From: Nemertoderma westbladi
Lineage: Eukaryota; Animalia; Xenacoelomorpha
Length of the DNA: 52,001 bases
Assembly: GCA_032718475.1 (NCBI GenBank)
Contig: JAUCBJ010007100.1
Location: forward strand, 1 to 52,001
Direction: 5' to 3'
Below the pieces are notes generated by a model. It saw nothing but the letters and a program-made list of their open reading frames with translations. It searched no databases and was not told the origin of the DNA. Below are positions 23,701-36,193 of the stretch, piece by piece (position 1 is the first letter of the stretch; each line of letters starts with the position of its first letter). The position numbers were made by a program, and so were the translations under genes.

Positions 23701-26700
23701 CCGTAGGTTCTACTCACTGCGTGGCGGCCCGTAGGTTCTACTCACTGCGTGGTGGCCCGTAGGTTCTACTCACTGCCTGGTGGCCCGTAGGTTCTACTCA
23801 CTGCGTGGTGGCCCGTAGGTTCTACTCACTGCGTGGCGGCCCGTAGGTTCTACTCACTGCGTGGTGGCCCGTAGGTTCTACTCACTGCGCGGTGGCCCGT
23901 AGGTTCTACTTACTGCGTGGTGGCGCGTAGGTTCTACACACTGCCTGGTGGCCCGTAGGTTCTACTCACTGCGTGGTGGCGCGTAGGTTCTGGTTGGTGG
24001 TTCCGGTGAATCTTCCTCGTACATCTGCCGTTGTAATCTCTCCCTTTCACCGTACGAATCATCTTCGTACCTAAACCTTTGTCTCTCTCGCTCCCCGGAC
24101 ACCGGATTACCTCGGCCTCGAGAAACTTTACGAACAGTTGTTGAATCGGGATTATTCCTTCTGAAAGATAATAATATATTTAATTAATACGAATTATATT
24201 AAAACGAACTTAACTACCTAATAGGTAGTTAAAAAGGGGTTTAAAAAGTTAGTTGAAAAGTTGTTCTCTTTAGCGATTTGAGTTTTGTCTGAGGTCCGAG
24301 ATTTATGTTTTCTAACTGCTGAATATTCATCATGAAGTGCTTTTAGTTTAGCTACAGCGTTTGGCTTTTGTGTTGTTGGCACATTTGCCTTATATAACAG
24401 AATCACTTCATTTATTGTATTAGAGTATCCTACAGGTTTAGTCAGTTTGTTTACTCGAAGATCATAAAATAGTCGACGAAGGACTTGTCCTATAGTAGGA
24501 AGCTGCCAAGGGCTTTCTTCAGACAGAGAAACAGTAGGCTGACCAATGATCCATATTGCAGTAGATGAACGAGTTTTGTGCAATTCTGTGGTAATAGTAG
24601 CCATGTTTGTTAATATATAATTTGATGCAATGTAGGTAGGACCTATCGGATATAATAATCGGACCTTAAGTTTCCGATTCATTCTCGGTGACTTCCAAAT
24701 CCTGGAAAGCCTATTCAAGGCTGCCCATGCCTTTCCCTTACGTATTCGAAGGTCCTCACCTGACTTCCGGATCCATGATCCCAGGTAACAGAAGTCGTCC
24801 ACATGCTCAAGCATACCATCCTTTGAGCTTATGCTCATCCGATCAGAGACTTGCTGAGGACTTTCAAAGTTAACTGTCAAAATTTTGGTCTTTCTGGAGT
24901 TAATAAAAAGACCAACACTAGAAGCAGCATGTTCTAATGAGCTGAGGAGCCGTTGGTCTCCCTCTAATGATTCTGAGAGTACTTATTTGTTTTCATTTCT
25001 TGTGGGAGCTTTAAATACTCAGGTATTTTAAAGACCGCAGGGGGAACACCATCTACTCCACTGGCACGATTGGTCTTAATGCTCTTTGCAGCAGCCTTCA
25101 CTTCTGCAAAGGAGATATCGCCAATGGGAATATCTGGGAGTACAGACTCAGACACTTTTACTTCTATAAAGTTATCAGGCAATACCCTGTCATTATTGAG
25201 GAGCTTTTCAAAGTGGGCTTTCCAACCATTGAGGCGATCGGCTGGTGATTCAGCCTTAACCTTGGTGGTTGGTTGGCTTTTCTGCCCAGTAAGCAAATTG
25301 ATCGATTTCCATGCCTGGGATGATTGCCTGCTGTCGTCAGCATCATTGATGGCATCAACCTGTTGGTTTATTAGCTCCTGTAGATTATCAGAGTACTGCC
25401 TGTTCAGGGACCTAGATGCAGCCTTAACTGCATTCTTGGCCGCTGTAGTCTGTTTGAGTCGGGACTCTTTCTGCGCCTTATGAAGGTCATTTCGGCATTT
25501 CTGAATTTTGTTGTCAGTCCAGGGGGCCCTTTTCCTGTTTCGAGGGTATACAGTAACTGTTTCTGCAGCTGCTAACTTAACTGCTTCTGTAAAGGCAGTA
25601 TAGCCCTCACAGTGACCTGCCGCCTCAGAGGCAAGAGCTTCATACCTGTTGCTCAGATGTAGTGTGAAGCTGGATCTCACACTTGGCTGTTGCAACAGAG
25701 AGGACCAGTCATGCCGCGGCAAGGCAGATTTCGTTGTTCTGCTAGCACGCAGACTAAGTCTTACCTTGAAAACATTCAGTCCGCGGCAAGCCGATTTTAG
25801 GGCATTCATTGTAATATAGGAAATATAGGTTTTCTTTTTGGAGTTATTACAGCCCTGGTGACTAACTGAGAAAACAAAACAGGTTCTTTTTTATCCTAGA
25901 CCAGTACTACATGACCGCTGTGGTGTAGTTGGTTGCGGTTTTTTGTAGTTACTTCAGTACTTACCTAGGCCTATTTTTGTATTTTTTTATTGTAACATGT
26001 AAGTAAATATAAGCAACTGTATGTAGTCGGTGTGGTTTCTGTCCGTTTTGTTTGATTTATATCCTGAAGATGGCCCTAGTGGCAGAAATTAATTGATAAT
26101 AAAGAACCTGTTTTGTTTTCTCAGTTAGTCACCAGGGCTGTAATAACTCCAAAAAGAAAACCTATATTTCCTATACTGTATAAGTCTTACCTTGGCCACA
26201 ATAAGGCGGTGATCACTGGAGAAGGGTCGAAGTGTAAATGCATTACAGTCTTGTATAGAGCTCCTGTATTTCCTACGAAACAGAATATGGTCTATCTGGG
26301 ACTTGTGACCACAGGGTCCACTATGAGTCCATAGCTTTCCAGTTCGCTTCTTGAACTGGGTTCCAGCCGAAAACAATCCATTTCCAGAGATAAAATCCTG
26401 AAGATGGACAGAATTTCGGTTAACACTATTGCTATAGACCCAGGGCGATGTAGGTGATTGATGCAGACTTGCATTAAAGTCTCCCAGGAATGTTAAGAAT
26501 GCATGCTGATCCACTCCATCAGTAGCTGCTTGTAGATTGTGGTAGAAATTTTCCACCTCCTCTACAGGGGCAACACTAGTTGGAGAGTAGCACACAATCA
26601 GAACCACCTTAGGAAACTTCTTAGCCAGTCTTCCAGAACATGAGAAGTGGCAACGGATGATGCAGTTAGAGATTTGGTCTATTTTGTCCAATGCTGCATG

Positions 26701-29700
26701 TGCAGTTGGATTCATCAATAGACCATTTCCACCATTGCCACTATCATCTGCTGACGCGAGGGCGAGTCGCCAACCGCCCCCCATGTCCTTAATCAGAACC
26801 TCATCAGTCTGTCCAGTCTGCATTCGGTGCTCTTGAACACCCACTGCCCTAAGAGAAAGCTTATCTGCCAAGGCAGTCAGCTCACCTTGTCGCATTGGGG
26901 ACCCGAGTGTTAGGGTGTTTACTGAGGCTAGTCTAGTGACTTGCCTCAGATTCACCAATGGCTTTGTTGGTCGGGGTGGAACATGAGAGTAGCCTCCAAC
27001 TCCAGAATCCCTCTCCCCATCACAATCTGGCCTCCCTGGTGACCCAGGGTTTGGGCCAGAAAGGTCATCAGGAAAGGGACTCAAAGAATTGTTGGCTGCT
27101 CTCTCTCCAGTAGGGGATGAGACAGGCAGCGGGTCAGGAGTTAACTGACGCCTGTGAGGCCGATTGTGTCCGGTAATTCCACTGGCCTCTAGTGGCCGGA
27201 CCTCGCATTGCTAATGTAATCCATTGTGGGGGTTGGGTGTGCTTTTTTGCCGAGTCAGCTCTCGGGGCAAGTACCACACCCTGGTTTGCCATTCCACAGG
27301 GTGGTTGTCGCAATGGAGTCAGATATGAGGCGCATCACCCATATCTACTCTGGGGTAAATTGCAGTGTACTATAACATACACCGGTACAACAGACATTGT
27401 GGCCCCGTTGTGACAACAAAGTCACAATTGCAACACAGTCACTGTATCTAGCTAAGATATTTTGAAATTACCAATTAACTAAAAATGGCCGATTCAATGA
27501 AGAAGACCTCAATGTCAATTTTGACTCTTCTTTCCGTAATACAAAGTATTTTTTTACATTTTTTTTTATTTTTTTTACAAAGTATTTTTGGTCTCATTCA
27601 AACCGCAATGGCCGATTTAGTGGGGGTAGATGTGGTTATCAAAGTCTTACAACCATTTTTACCAATTCACCAAGTCTTTCTAAGTCTACAAGTGTTCAGC
27701 GGTTCGCGGTAAAAATTGCAAATCGAAAATGCCTTTGGGGGGTGGTTCAACGTCAAAATTTTGGTATGGTATAATGATAAAATATTGTTATTTTTGCATT
27801 TGACACAAAATGGGAGGGTATGCCAAAACAAATTCCAACTTTTTTTTTCCTCTATGGAAAGTGACCCACTCTACTACCTATGCCAAACTATAGTAAAATA
27901 ATACTGATAATTATTGCTTGGAATAATTATTAGTTTTTTCTCGATATATTCTGCAAGATATGTTGGTTGGTCCAACTGCGCACCAGAAAAAGGTTATACA
28001 TTCAATGATTGTATGAAATGTGCAGTACAGGTCTGGAGCCCCCATCCAGCAGAACTGTAGTCCTAAACCTACATAAAAGGTATCATTATACTAGGGCTAG
28101 TATACTATTATTATTATAAGAGTTCGCTTATGGCTCACAATTGTGACTCGCCCCACCACAGTAACCCCCCCCCCCCCCCCCTCGTCAAAGAATTCCAGGA
28201 ATTTGATCAAAGACATTAAGGCACTCATTGAGTACAATACTGTTAGTTCTGCTGCCTCACTGTTCCCGAACTAATAACAAATTTCCTGTTCCATAGTTAT
28301 TTCCTTATATTAACTCATTGCTGGAATAATGGCAAGAATAAACGTAGCTGGGGTTCAATATGTGTTGAGTAAGAAATCGTTGGGCGCGCATCAACGACAG
28401 ATCAATCGATATCGCAACAGGCCTCCGTTTGTCTCATCCGGAGGCATCTGTTCGCAACCAATAGCTGGAACTGCGGGAGCACGGAATATGCCGCCGGTGA
28501 TTGTCGGAGTAGTAAACTTGGGTATCCCACGGTGCGCGTTGCTTTAATCTACGTACCTACCGTTAGGAAGCTCAAAGCGGTGGGATAATCGACACTAATC
28601 GACTTATACTAAATGAGAGAATCACAGAAATGGATACGTTTATACGGCGATATTCTTACAAAGTGGTTTTTAATTAAAACTGCGCTTTATTTTAATGGAG
28701 GATCTATCTCAGCAGGAATTTGAATTTAAGAGTTTGAAATGACAATAAATTGCTAACGTGATCGAAATATCGTTCATAGTTAAGTACTGTAGTCTGGCAG
28801 TATTATCGAATATTATACACAATTATGGTGCAAGTGTGACATGTGAGTTGGAGTATACACATTACGTATGAATAACAGTTGTCTACAAATGAGGACTGCG
28901 CCCGCCGTTACTAAACACATTCAAGATTCACTAGCTATCTATGATGATAATAAACCAGGTCAAACACGCTTTGATTTGTCTCTCTATACAGTATATGTAA
29001 GCTTCAAAATTAGTAGGCATTAACAAATTGGTATGATTTATTTGAAGACCGTTAGGGCTTGTTGCTGTCAAAAAACGTATGTTTGTTTGTCTGGATGTTT
29101 GTGCACTTTGATAATTGGTTTGAAATGTTTTTGGTAAGGGCTGATTTCACCGGTGCCTGTCTTCCGAAATATGGATTATGATATATTGGTATGATATACA
29201 GTTCACCAAACTGTACAATCACATACTTTCAAAAAAAAATGTTCGATGATTGGTTCTCGAGATATCATAAAATTACATTTAATTGCTTTAATCGCAGGAC
29301 ATTGCTTTAGCCGTGAGGACCTGCCAGTGCATAATCTTGTGCTTTGGCAGCCTCATGGAGTGAATAAGCATGGTGGACAGCCCCCCATGACTTTCTTTCG
29401 TGAGACGCATCTTAAAGGACACTGGCCTTGAAGATGCGGACGATCTAGCAAATTTCATGGGTGATAGGGAGTTGTGGCGGCGCAATTTTGTCGACAAGCC
29501 CGCACAGCATTCTTAAAAATGCAGCTGCAATGCAGCATGCCGATCCTAGTAGTAGTAGTAACATTTAATTAGAAGACCGGTAGTGTTTCCTTGTTGAGAG
29601 GTCGTGTATTATCTGTCGAATATCTATGTCTTAAGGGCTGACGGTCTTCTTATAGCCAGCTTGCTGGCTTTCTAGTATTATAAAAACCGCCACTAATTGA

Positions 29701-32700
29701 TTAATTAGTATTATTATACTTTGGTATTATTGCTTTAACCCTATTAGTACCGGGCTATAAAATGTTGTACAAATACCGGGGGGGGGGGGGGGGGGGGGTC
29801 ATATTGACCCCCCCCCCCCCCTTCTAAAATCTACAAATATTTACGAAAACGTCTTATTTTTTGTTTGTACGTAGGTATCACTAGTCTGGATCCGACCGAA
29901 AAAAAATTTTTCGAAAAAATGTACTGGGGTGGTTATATTGCAGCACCAAAATTACAAGTAGTGCACAATTTTCACAAAATTTGAAAGTTACATTTTCGGC
30001 TAATTATTTTTCAATACAGGTTTTCTGGGGTGCAAAATACATTGGAAAATATTAAAAAATGATATGATTACTATAAATGGCTGTTTAGTTCTCTCTGCGT
30101 AGGAAAAAAATGAAAAAAACAAGTAACCAGCACTTTTCAGTTAGAACACAAAATTTTTAATTCATTTATACGATGCTATAAATTCAAATTTTCAGGTTTT
30201 CGAGGGCGCTGATTCTAATGGAATACATTTCCAATATGCCAGATCATTGGTACGTGTATTTTTCGGCGTAATTTGGCAAATTTTGGTGCTAGCACCAAAT
30301 TTCGTACCCATCACCAAAAAGTACAAGTTTGCTATGTCCAGTGCTGTTTTTATTGACTCCATCGGATTCAGGACCCTCATAAACCCGTATAACGCAAGAA
30401 ACAAGGTGATACTATCTACTTATCAATTTGCATATTTACTAAAATTTGGTGCTGGCACAACAATTTTCACCCACCGGCGAAAAATACAAGTTTGAGAACT
30501 CTTATGAAATTTTTACTGATTCCATTGAATTCAGAACCATCACAAACCCGTATAACGCAAGAAACAAGCTGACACAATCAATTGATATATTTGATGGTTT
30601 TCAAAATTTGGTGCTAGCACCACATTTTGCACCCACATCCGAAAAATACAAGTTTGAGATGTCTAGTTCGATAATTATATTTTCCATTGAATTCAGAACA
30701 GCCATAAACCTCTAAAACGCAAGAAATAAATTGTCACAAGCAATTTTATCTATTGAATGGATTTTCAAAATTTCGTGCTAGCACCAAAATTTGCACACAG
30801 CACCGAAAAATACAAGTTTGATACGCTTGGTGCAACTCGTATATATTTCATCGAATCCAGAAACCCAAAAAACCCCATTTGCTTAAAAAACAAGTTTCAA
30901 ACGTTCAATTTACAAAATTGACTTATTTCAAAATTTGGTGCTGGCACCACCGAAAAAAACAAGTTTGAAATTTCTAAATCAATTTATATGAATTCCATCA
31001 AATTTCTAAAACCAAAAAAGCGGTGTAAATAAAAAATAGAGATGTTACAATTCATATTTAATGAAATGTAATTTTCAAAAAACGTCTCAAAAAAAGTGCC
31101 AAAAGTAGGGTATGGTGCTATAACTCGAAAAGTACCCAATATTTTTGAAAACGGTCTTCACTACTAGGAAGACAAAAGATTTTTAGGAAAAGTCATAAAA
31201 TTTCAGATTCCCAACTGCGTTTGTTTCAGAATTATAATAAAAAAAACCACGGGGGGGGGGTCATATTGACCCCCTCCCCCGGGTTTAATAGGGTTAAGTG
31301 TACATATTTTGGTGTATGGTTACATTTTATGGTGTATATTTATTGAATATATTATATATACCCATACTGTAATGACTATTTCATGTATTGATTGGGGAAA
31401 TTCCAGGGTCATGATTGCAAAATTTGATGGGAATCCAAAGACAGCATTAATATGTTGCTACAGTCCAACTGATGCATCAGAGCCAGTCGATTCAATATAA
31501 CGGTATACAATAAAAGCCCACAAGGAACCAGCCAAGATGCTTATTCTCCAGATACCCTAACGAAAACAGTATATGCCATGGCAAGACTGGTCACTTGATT
31601 GGGAGGTTACTTGTAAGAGAGAAGATCTCAAGATAGCCTACAAAGCAAAAACTAAACAACCAACAACCAAAAACATCAACAAGGTTGAGAAAACGAAGGA
31701 AGATTTTAAATTGACTGCTCACATACAGCAACAATCAACACTTATCTGGCAAACTGTTAATGTGGTACCTGGTCGGAAAAGTTGTGCTAAGGAGCGCCTA
31801 AAAGTGATAGTCCTGAAGAAGGTGTTGGGAAATGGAAACATCACTTCAGCAACTTGCTTGGACAGTGTCCTTTAAGATGCGTCTCAAGAAAGTCATGGGC
31901 TGTCCACCATGCTTGTAGCAATAACCTGCAACCCAGTCTAGTACTTGGTCGCGCAACTTAGAAGTCGTAGCGCTGTATTTACAGTAGTATTCGCATATGG
32001 TCAATGTTATTTTATGGGCTAGGCAGGTCTGAAAACAACATTATTTTTACAACTATTTAACATGCATCTCATCAGTCCCCATTAACAATTAATTTATCTT
32101 TTTATAAACCGTTTGTACGCTTTACTAAGGACAGAAGATGTAATTCCTTGTTTGTGTGGCGTTGGATAAATCGTACTTGTTTTATTTGAATGGCAAAAAG
32201 GGCGTGGTTTACTCAGTTAATTTTATAACAGTTTAGGCGATGTTGCCAATTTAACGCCAATCCCTGAATACAAGTGGCTATCGGTATATGGTAAATAGAT
32301 ATATTGTCGTCACCAAGGTTGCGTTTGGAGTTAAAAGCGATAATAAGGCTGCTATATGCAATGCATGTAGCATAAATATTTTCTACGAGACTTTGAATGC
32401 ACTCGGTATTGCAGAGGGAATGCAATCAGCATGGTAGTGGTAATGCACTCGGTATTGCAGATGGAATGCACTCACTATTGCAGAGGGAAAGCAATCAGTA
32501 TGGTAGCAGGAATGCACTCAATATTGCAGAGGGAATGCACTCAGTAATGTAGCGGGAAAGCACTCAGTATTGTAGCGGGAATGCACTCAGTATTGTTGCG
32601 GGAGGCACTCAGTATTGTTGCGGGAGGCACTCAGTATTGTTGCGGGATGGACTCAGTATTGTTGCGGGATGCACTCAGTATTGTTGCGGGATGGACTCAG

Positions 32701-35700
32701 TATTGTTGCGGGATGCACTCAGTATTGTAGCGGGATGCACTCAGTATTGTAGCGGGATGCACTCAGTATTGTTGCGGGATGGACTCAGTATTGTAGCGGG
32801 AATGCACTCAGTATTGTTGCGGGAATGCATTCAGTATTGTTGCGGGATGCACTCAGTATTGTTGCGGGATGCTCTCAGTATTGTTGCGGGATGCACTCAG
32901 TATTGTTGCGGGATGCGCTAATTATTGTTGCGGGATGCACTCAGTATTGCAGAGGGAATGCAATCAGTATTGTTGCGGGAAGCACTCAGTATTGTAGCGG
33001 GATGCACTCAGTAATGTAGCGGGATATGCACTCAGTATTGTAGCGGGATGCACTCAGTATTGTTGCGGGATGCACTCAGTATTGCAGAGGGAATGCACAC
33101 AGTATTGCAGAGGGAATGCACTCAGTATTGTAGCGGGAAAGCACTCAGTATTGTAGCGGGAATGCACTCAGTATTGTTGCGGGATGCACTCAGTATTGTA
33201 GCGGGATGCACTCAGTATTGTAGCGGGATGCACTCAGTATTGTTGCGGGATTGACTCAGTATTGTAGCGGGAATGCAATCAGTATTGCAGAGGGAAAGCA
33301 ATCAGTATGGTAGCGGGATGCACTCAGTATTGTAGCGAGATGCACTCAATATTGTAGCGGGATGGACTCAGTATTGTAGCGGGAATGCACTCAGTATTGT
33401 TGCGGGATGCACTCAGTATTGTAGCGGGATGCACTCAGTATTGTAGCGGGATGCACTCAGTATTGTTGCGGGATGGACTCAGTATTGTAGCGGGAATGCA
33501 CTCAGTATTGTTGCGGGAATGCACTCAGTATTGTAGCGAGAATGCACTCAGTATTGTTGCGGGATGCACTCAGTATTGTAGCGAGATGCACTCAATATTG
33601 TAGCGGGATGGACTCAGTATTGTAGCGGGAATGCACTCAGTTTTGTTGCGGGATGCACTCAGTATTGTTGCGGGATGCACTCAGTATTGTTGCGGGATGC
33701 ACTCAGTATTGTTGCGGGATGCACTCAGTATTGTTGCGGGATGCACTCAGTATTGTTGCGGGATGCACTAAGTATTGTTCCGGGATGCACTCAGTATTGT
33801 TGCGGGATGCACTCAGTATTGCAGAGGGAATGCAATCAGTATTGTAGCGGGAAAGCACTCAGTATTGTTGCGGGATGCACTCAGTATTGTTGCGGGATGC
33901 ACTCAGTATTGTTGCGGGATGGACTAAGTATTGTTCCGGGATGCACTCAGTATTGTTGCGGGATGCACTAAGTATTGCAGAGGGAATGCAATCAGTATTG
34001 TAGCGGGAAAGCACTCAGTATTGTAGCGAGAATGCACTCAGTATTGTTGCGGGATGCACTCAGTATTGTAGCGAGATGCACTCAGTATTGTTGCGGGATG
34101 CACTCAGTATTGTAGCGGGTGCACTCAGTATTGTTGCGGGATGCACTCAGTATTGTTGCGGGATGCACTCAGTATTGTAGCGGGATGCACTCAGTATTGT
34201 TGCGGGATGCACTCAGTATTGTTGCGGGATGCACTCAGTATTGTAGCGGGATGCACACAGTATTGTAGCGGGAATGCACTCAGTATTGTTGCGGGATGCA
34301 CTCAGTATTGTTGCGGGATGCACTCAGTATTGTAGCGGGATGCACTCAGTATTGTAGCGGGATGCACTCAGTATTGTTGCGGGATGGACTCAGTATTGTA
34401 GCGGGAATGCACTCAGTATTGTTGCGGGAATGCACTCAGTATTGTAGCGAGAATGCACTCAGTATTGTTGCGGGATGCACTCAGTATTTTAGCGAGATGC
34501 ACTCAGTATTGTTGCGGGATGCACTCAGTATTGTAGCGGGATGCACTCAGTATTGTAGCGGGATGCACTCAGTATTGTTGCGGGATGCACTCAGTATTGT
34601 TGCGGGAAGCACTCAGTATTGTAGCAGGATGCACTCAGTATTGTAGCAGGATGCACTCAGTATTGTAGCGGGATGCACTCAGTATTGTTGCGGGATGCAC
34701 TCAGTATTGTTGCGGGATGCACTCAGTATTGTAGCGGGATGCACACAGTATTGTAGCGGGAATGCACTCAGTATTGTTGCGGGATGCACTCAGTATTGTT
34801 GCGGGATGCACTCAGTATTGTAGCGGGATGCACTCAGTATTGTAGCGGGATGCACTCAGTATTGTTGCGGGATGGACTCAGTATTGTAGCGGGAATGCAC
34901 TCAGTATTGTTGCGGGAATGCACTCAGTATTGTAGCGAGAATGCACTCAGTATTGTTGCGGGATGCACTCAGTATTTTAGCGAGATGCACTCAGTATTGT
35001 TGCGGGATGCACTCAGTATTGTAGCGGGATGCACTCAGTATTGTTGCGGGATGCACTCAGTATTGTTGCGGGAAGCACTCAGTATTGTAGCAGGATGCAC
35101 TCAGTATTGTTGCGGGATGCACTCAGTATTGTTGCGGGAAGCACTCAGTATTGTAGCAGGATGCAGTCAGTATTGTAGCGGGATGCACTCAGTATTGTAG
35201 CGGGATGCACTCAGTATTGTAGCGGGAATGCACTCAGTATCGTAGCGGGATGCACTCAGTATTGTTGCGGGAAGCACTCAGTATTGTAGCGGGATGCACT
35301 CAGTATTGTTGCGGGATGCACTCAGTATTGTAGCGGGATGCACTCAGTATTGTAGCGGGATGCACTCAGTATTGTTGCGGGATGGACTCAGTATTGTAGC
35401 GGGAATGCACTCAGTATCGTAGCGGGATGCACTCAGTATTGTTGCGGGAAGCACTCAGTATTGTAGCGGGATGCACTCAGTATTGTTGCGGGATGCACTC
35501 AGTATTGTAGCGGGATGCACTCAGTATTGTAGCGGGATGCACTCAGTATTGTTGCGGGATGGACTCAGTATTGTAGCGGGAATGCACTCAGTATCGTAGC
35601 GGGATGCACTCAGTATTGTTGCGGGAAGCACTCAGTATTGTAGCGGGATGCACTCAGTATTGTTGCGGGATGCACTCAGTATTGTTGCGGGAAGCACTCA

Positions 35701-36193
35701 GTATTGTAGCGGGATGCACTCAGTATTGTTGCGGGATGCACTCAGTATTGTAGCGGGATGCACTCAGTATTGTAGCGGGATGCACTCAGTATTGTTGTGG
35801 GATGCACTCAGTATTGTTGCGGGATGCACTCAGTATTGTAGCTGGATGCACTCAGTATTGCAGAGGGATGCACTCAGTATTTGGGAGGGAATGTACAACC
35901 ATGATTTATGAGTTCAGGATGTTAAAATATAAAATCTATGTTAGAGATTTTATAGAATTATGATTAGTTTTTCTTGTGTGTTTATTGTGGGTTTATTATT
36001 GCAAAAATAAAACTTCTTGGAAAAATATACTAAAAACTGGCAACAATAATATTGGGCGATATTTTGATCTGATGGGTCGAGGGAATCATTATTACCTTTT
36101 GGGACCAAATAATCCTCTAAATTTGAAAGGGGTTCGGGAACGGGACGTATAACAACAGCAATATGAGTCATTTGTTGCGGTATCGGGATCTAA
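17789..36193 (-). CDS. Spliced gene of unknown function (>=181 aa, hydrophilic, R/E-rich); first exon unresolved
   Basis: Exons 36193-36096, 24160-23970, 19930-19771, 19427-19398 and 17855-17789. Each has a pyrimidine-rich YAG acceptor and a GT donor (GTAATA, GTGAGT, GTAAGT, GTAGGT), and the phases match (2,1,2,2). The joined frame is open: LDPDTATNDSYCCCYTSRSRTPFKFRGLFGPKRRNNPD...PEPPTRTYAPPRNSNPDEKRRR...EESKGDTITNPNSYKYRRKRKAYKKELPEMFHPGEWVINKA*, with AATAAA just after the stop. The link to the 36.1-kb exon is the least certain. Confidence 0.7.
20057..23991 (-). repeat. 28-bp minisatellite, ~140 copies; unit = exon end plus 5' splice site
   Basis: Plus-strand unit GTAGGTTCTACTCACTGCGTGGTGGCCC reads AGAACCTACGGGCCACCACGCA|GTGAGT on the minus strand. 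The first unit is the end of exon 24160-23970. Confidence 0.97.
24218..24610 (-). mobile_element. DNA transposase N-terminal fragment (hATm/Cc8K15.2-like)
   Basis: TRSSTAIWIIGQP..QLPTIGQVLRRLFY..EVILLYKANVPT..KLKALHDEY..KENNF resembles, from memory, the N-terminus of this invertebrate transposase group. It is fused by chance to the LINE ORF. Confidence 0.5.
25769..26180 (+). mobile_element. 412-bp non-coding insertion (Penelope pLTR/retrozyme-like) with 14-bp TSD and 75-bp inverted arms
   Basis: TSD TAAGTCTTACCTTG at 25755-25768 and 26181-26194. Arms 25815-25889 and 26101-26175 are reverse complements. Removing the insert rejoins the LINE frame at KVRL. Confidence 0.85.
26056..26103 (+). ncRNA. 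Putative minimal type I hammerhead ribozyme
   Basis: TTTATATC-CTGAAGA-TGGCCCTAGTGGCA-GAAA-TTAAT-T-GATAATAAA: CUGANGA/GAAA core, pairable stems I and II, palindromic mini-stem III, AUU cleavage triplet. Confidence 0.65.
29285..29560 (+). mobile_element. RTE-like LINE 3' end with short (TAG)n tail
   Basis: IAGHCFSREDLPVHNLVLWQPHG..LKDTGLEDADDLANFMGDRELWRR across frameshifts, followed by TAGTAGTAGTAGTA. Confidence 0.8.
29739..31293. mobile_element. piggyBac-type non-autonomous element with TTAA TSD and internal ~163-bp repeats
   Basis: TTAA|CCCTATTA...TAATAGGG|TTAA; subterminal Gn-TCATATTGA-Cn hairpins at both ends; five periodic copies of AAATTTGGTGCT(A/G)GCACC at ~30280-30950. Second copy at 50963. 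Confidence 0.9.
31395..31914 (+). mobile_element. Degenerate RTE-like LINE fragment (endonuclease/linker), ending in a short inverted piece of the LINE 3' region
   Basis: SRVMIAKFDGNPKTALICCYSPTD, QSTLIWQTVNVVPGRKS, WKHHFSNLLGQ. 31863-31914 is the reverse complement of 29368-29422. Confidence 0.7.
32395..35892. repeat. 22/23-bp minisatellite, ~155 copies (GGGATGCACTCAGTATTGT(A/T)GC)
   Basis: Directly visible; edges more diverged; blocks of variant units recur. Confidence 0.97.

Larger units (their letters stand above)
24655..27200 (-). mobile_element. RTE-clade LINE, internally deleted and interrupted (AP endonuclease, linker and RT C-terminal part)
   Basis: APE motifs ASVNTLTL, VGVQEHR, VCYSPT, LGDFNA, SQIDHIL, SSDHRLIVAKVRL; linker WKAHFEKLLN, RASGVDGVPP; then VGLFINSRKTK, VDDFCYLGSWI, RKGKAWAALNRLSRIWKS. 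The RT catalytic core is missing around 24960. Confidence 0.9.

Noticed and set aside
17789-24160. CTNNBL1 as identity of the minus-strand gene (acidic EDEEDILNKML stretch)
   Set aside because: Downstream exons lack the conserved CTNNBL1 armadillo region and the frame stops soon after.
24218-24880. Single 220-aa gene
   Set aside because: Chance in-frame junction of a LINE RT tail and a DNA transposase fragment.
28329-28608. BTB/T1-like start (RINVAGVQYVLS) on plus, and a candidate 48-nt exon on minus
   Set aside because: Similarity covers only ~15 aa; the minus exon is phase 0-0 and does not fit between the phase-2 junctions.
32637-35911. Cys-rich ORFs (metallothionein- or keratin-associated-like)
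   Set aside because: Translations of the 22/23-bp array, repeatedly interrupted by TAG and indels.
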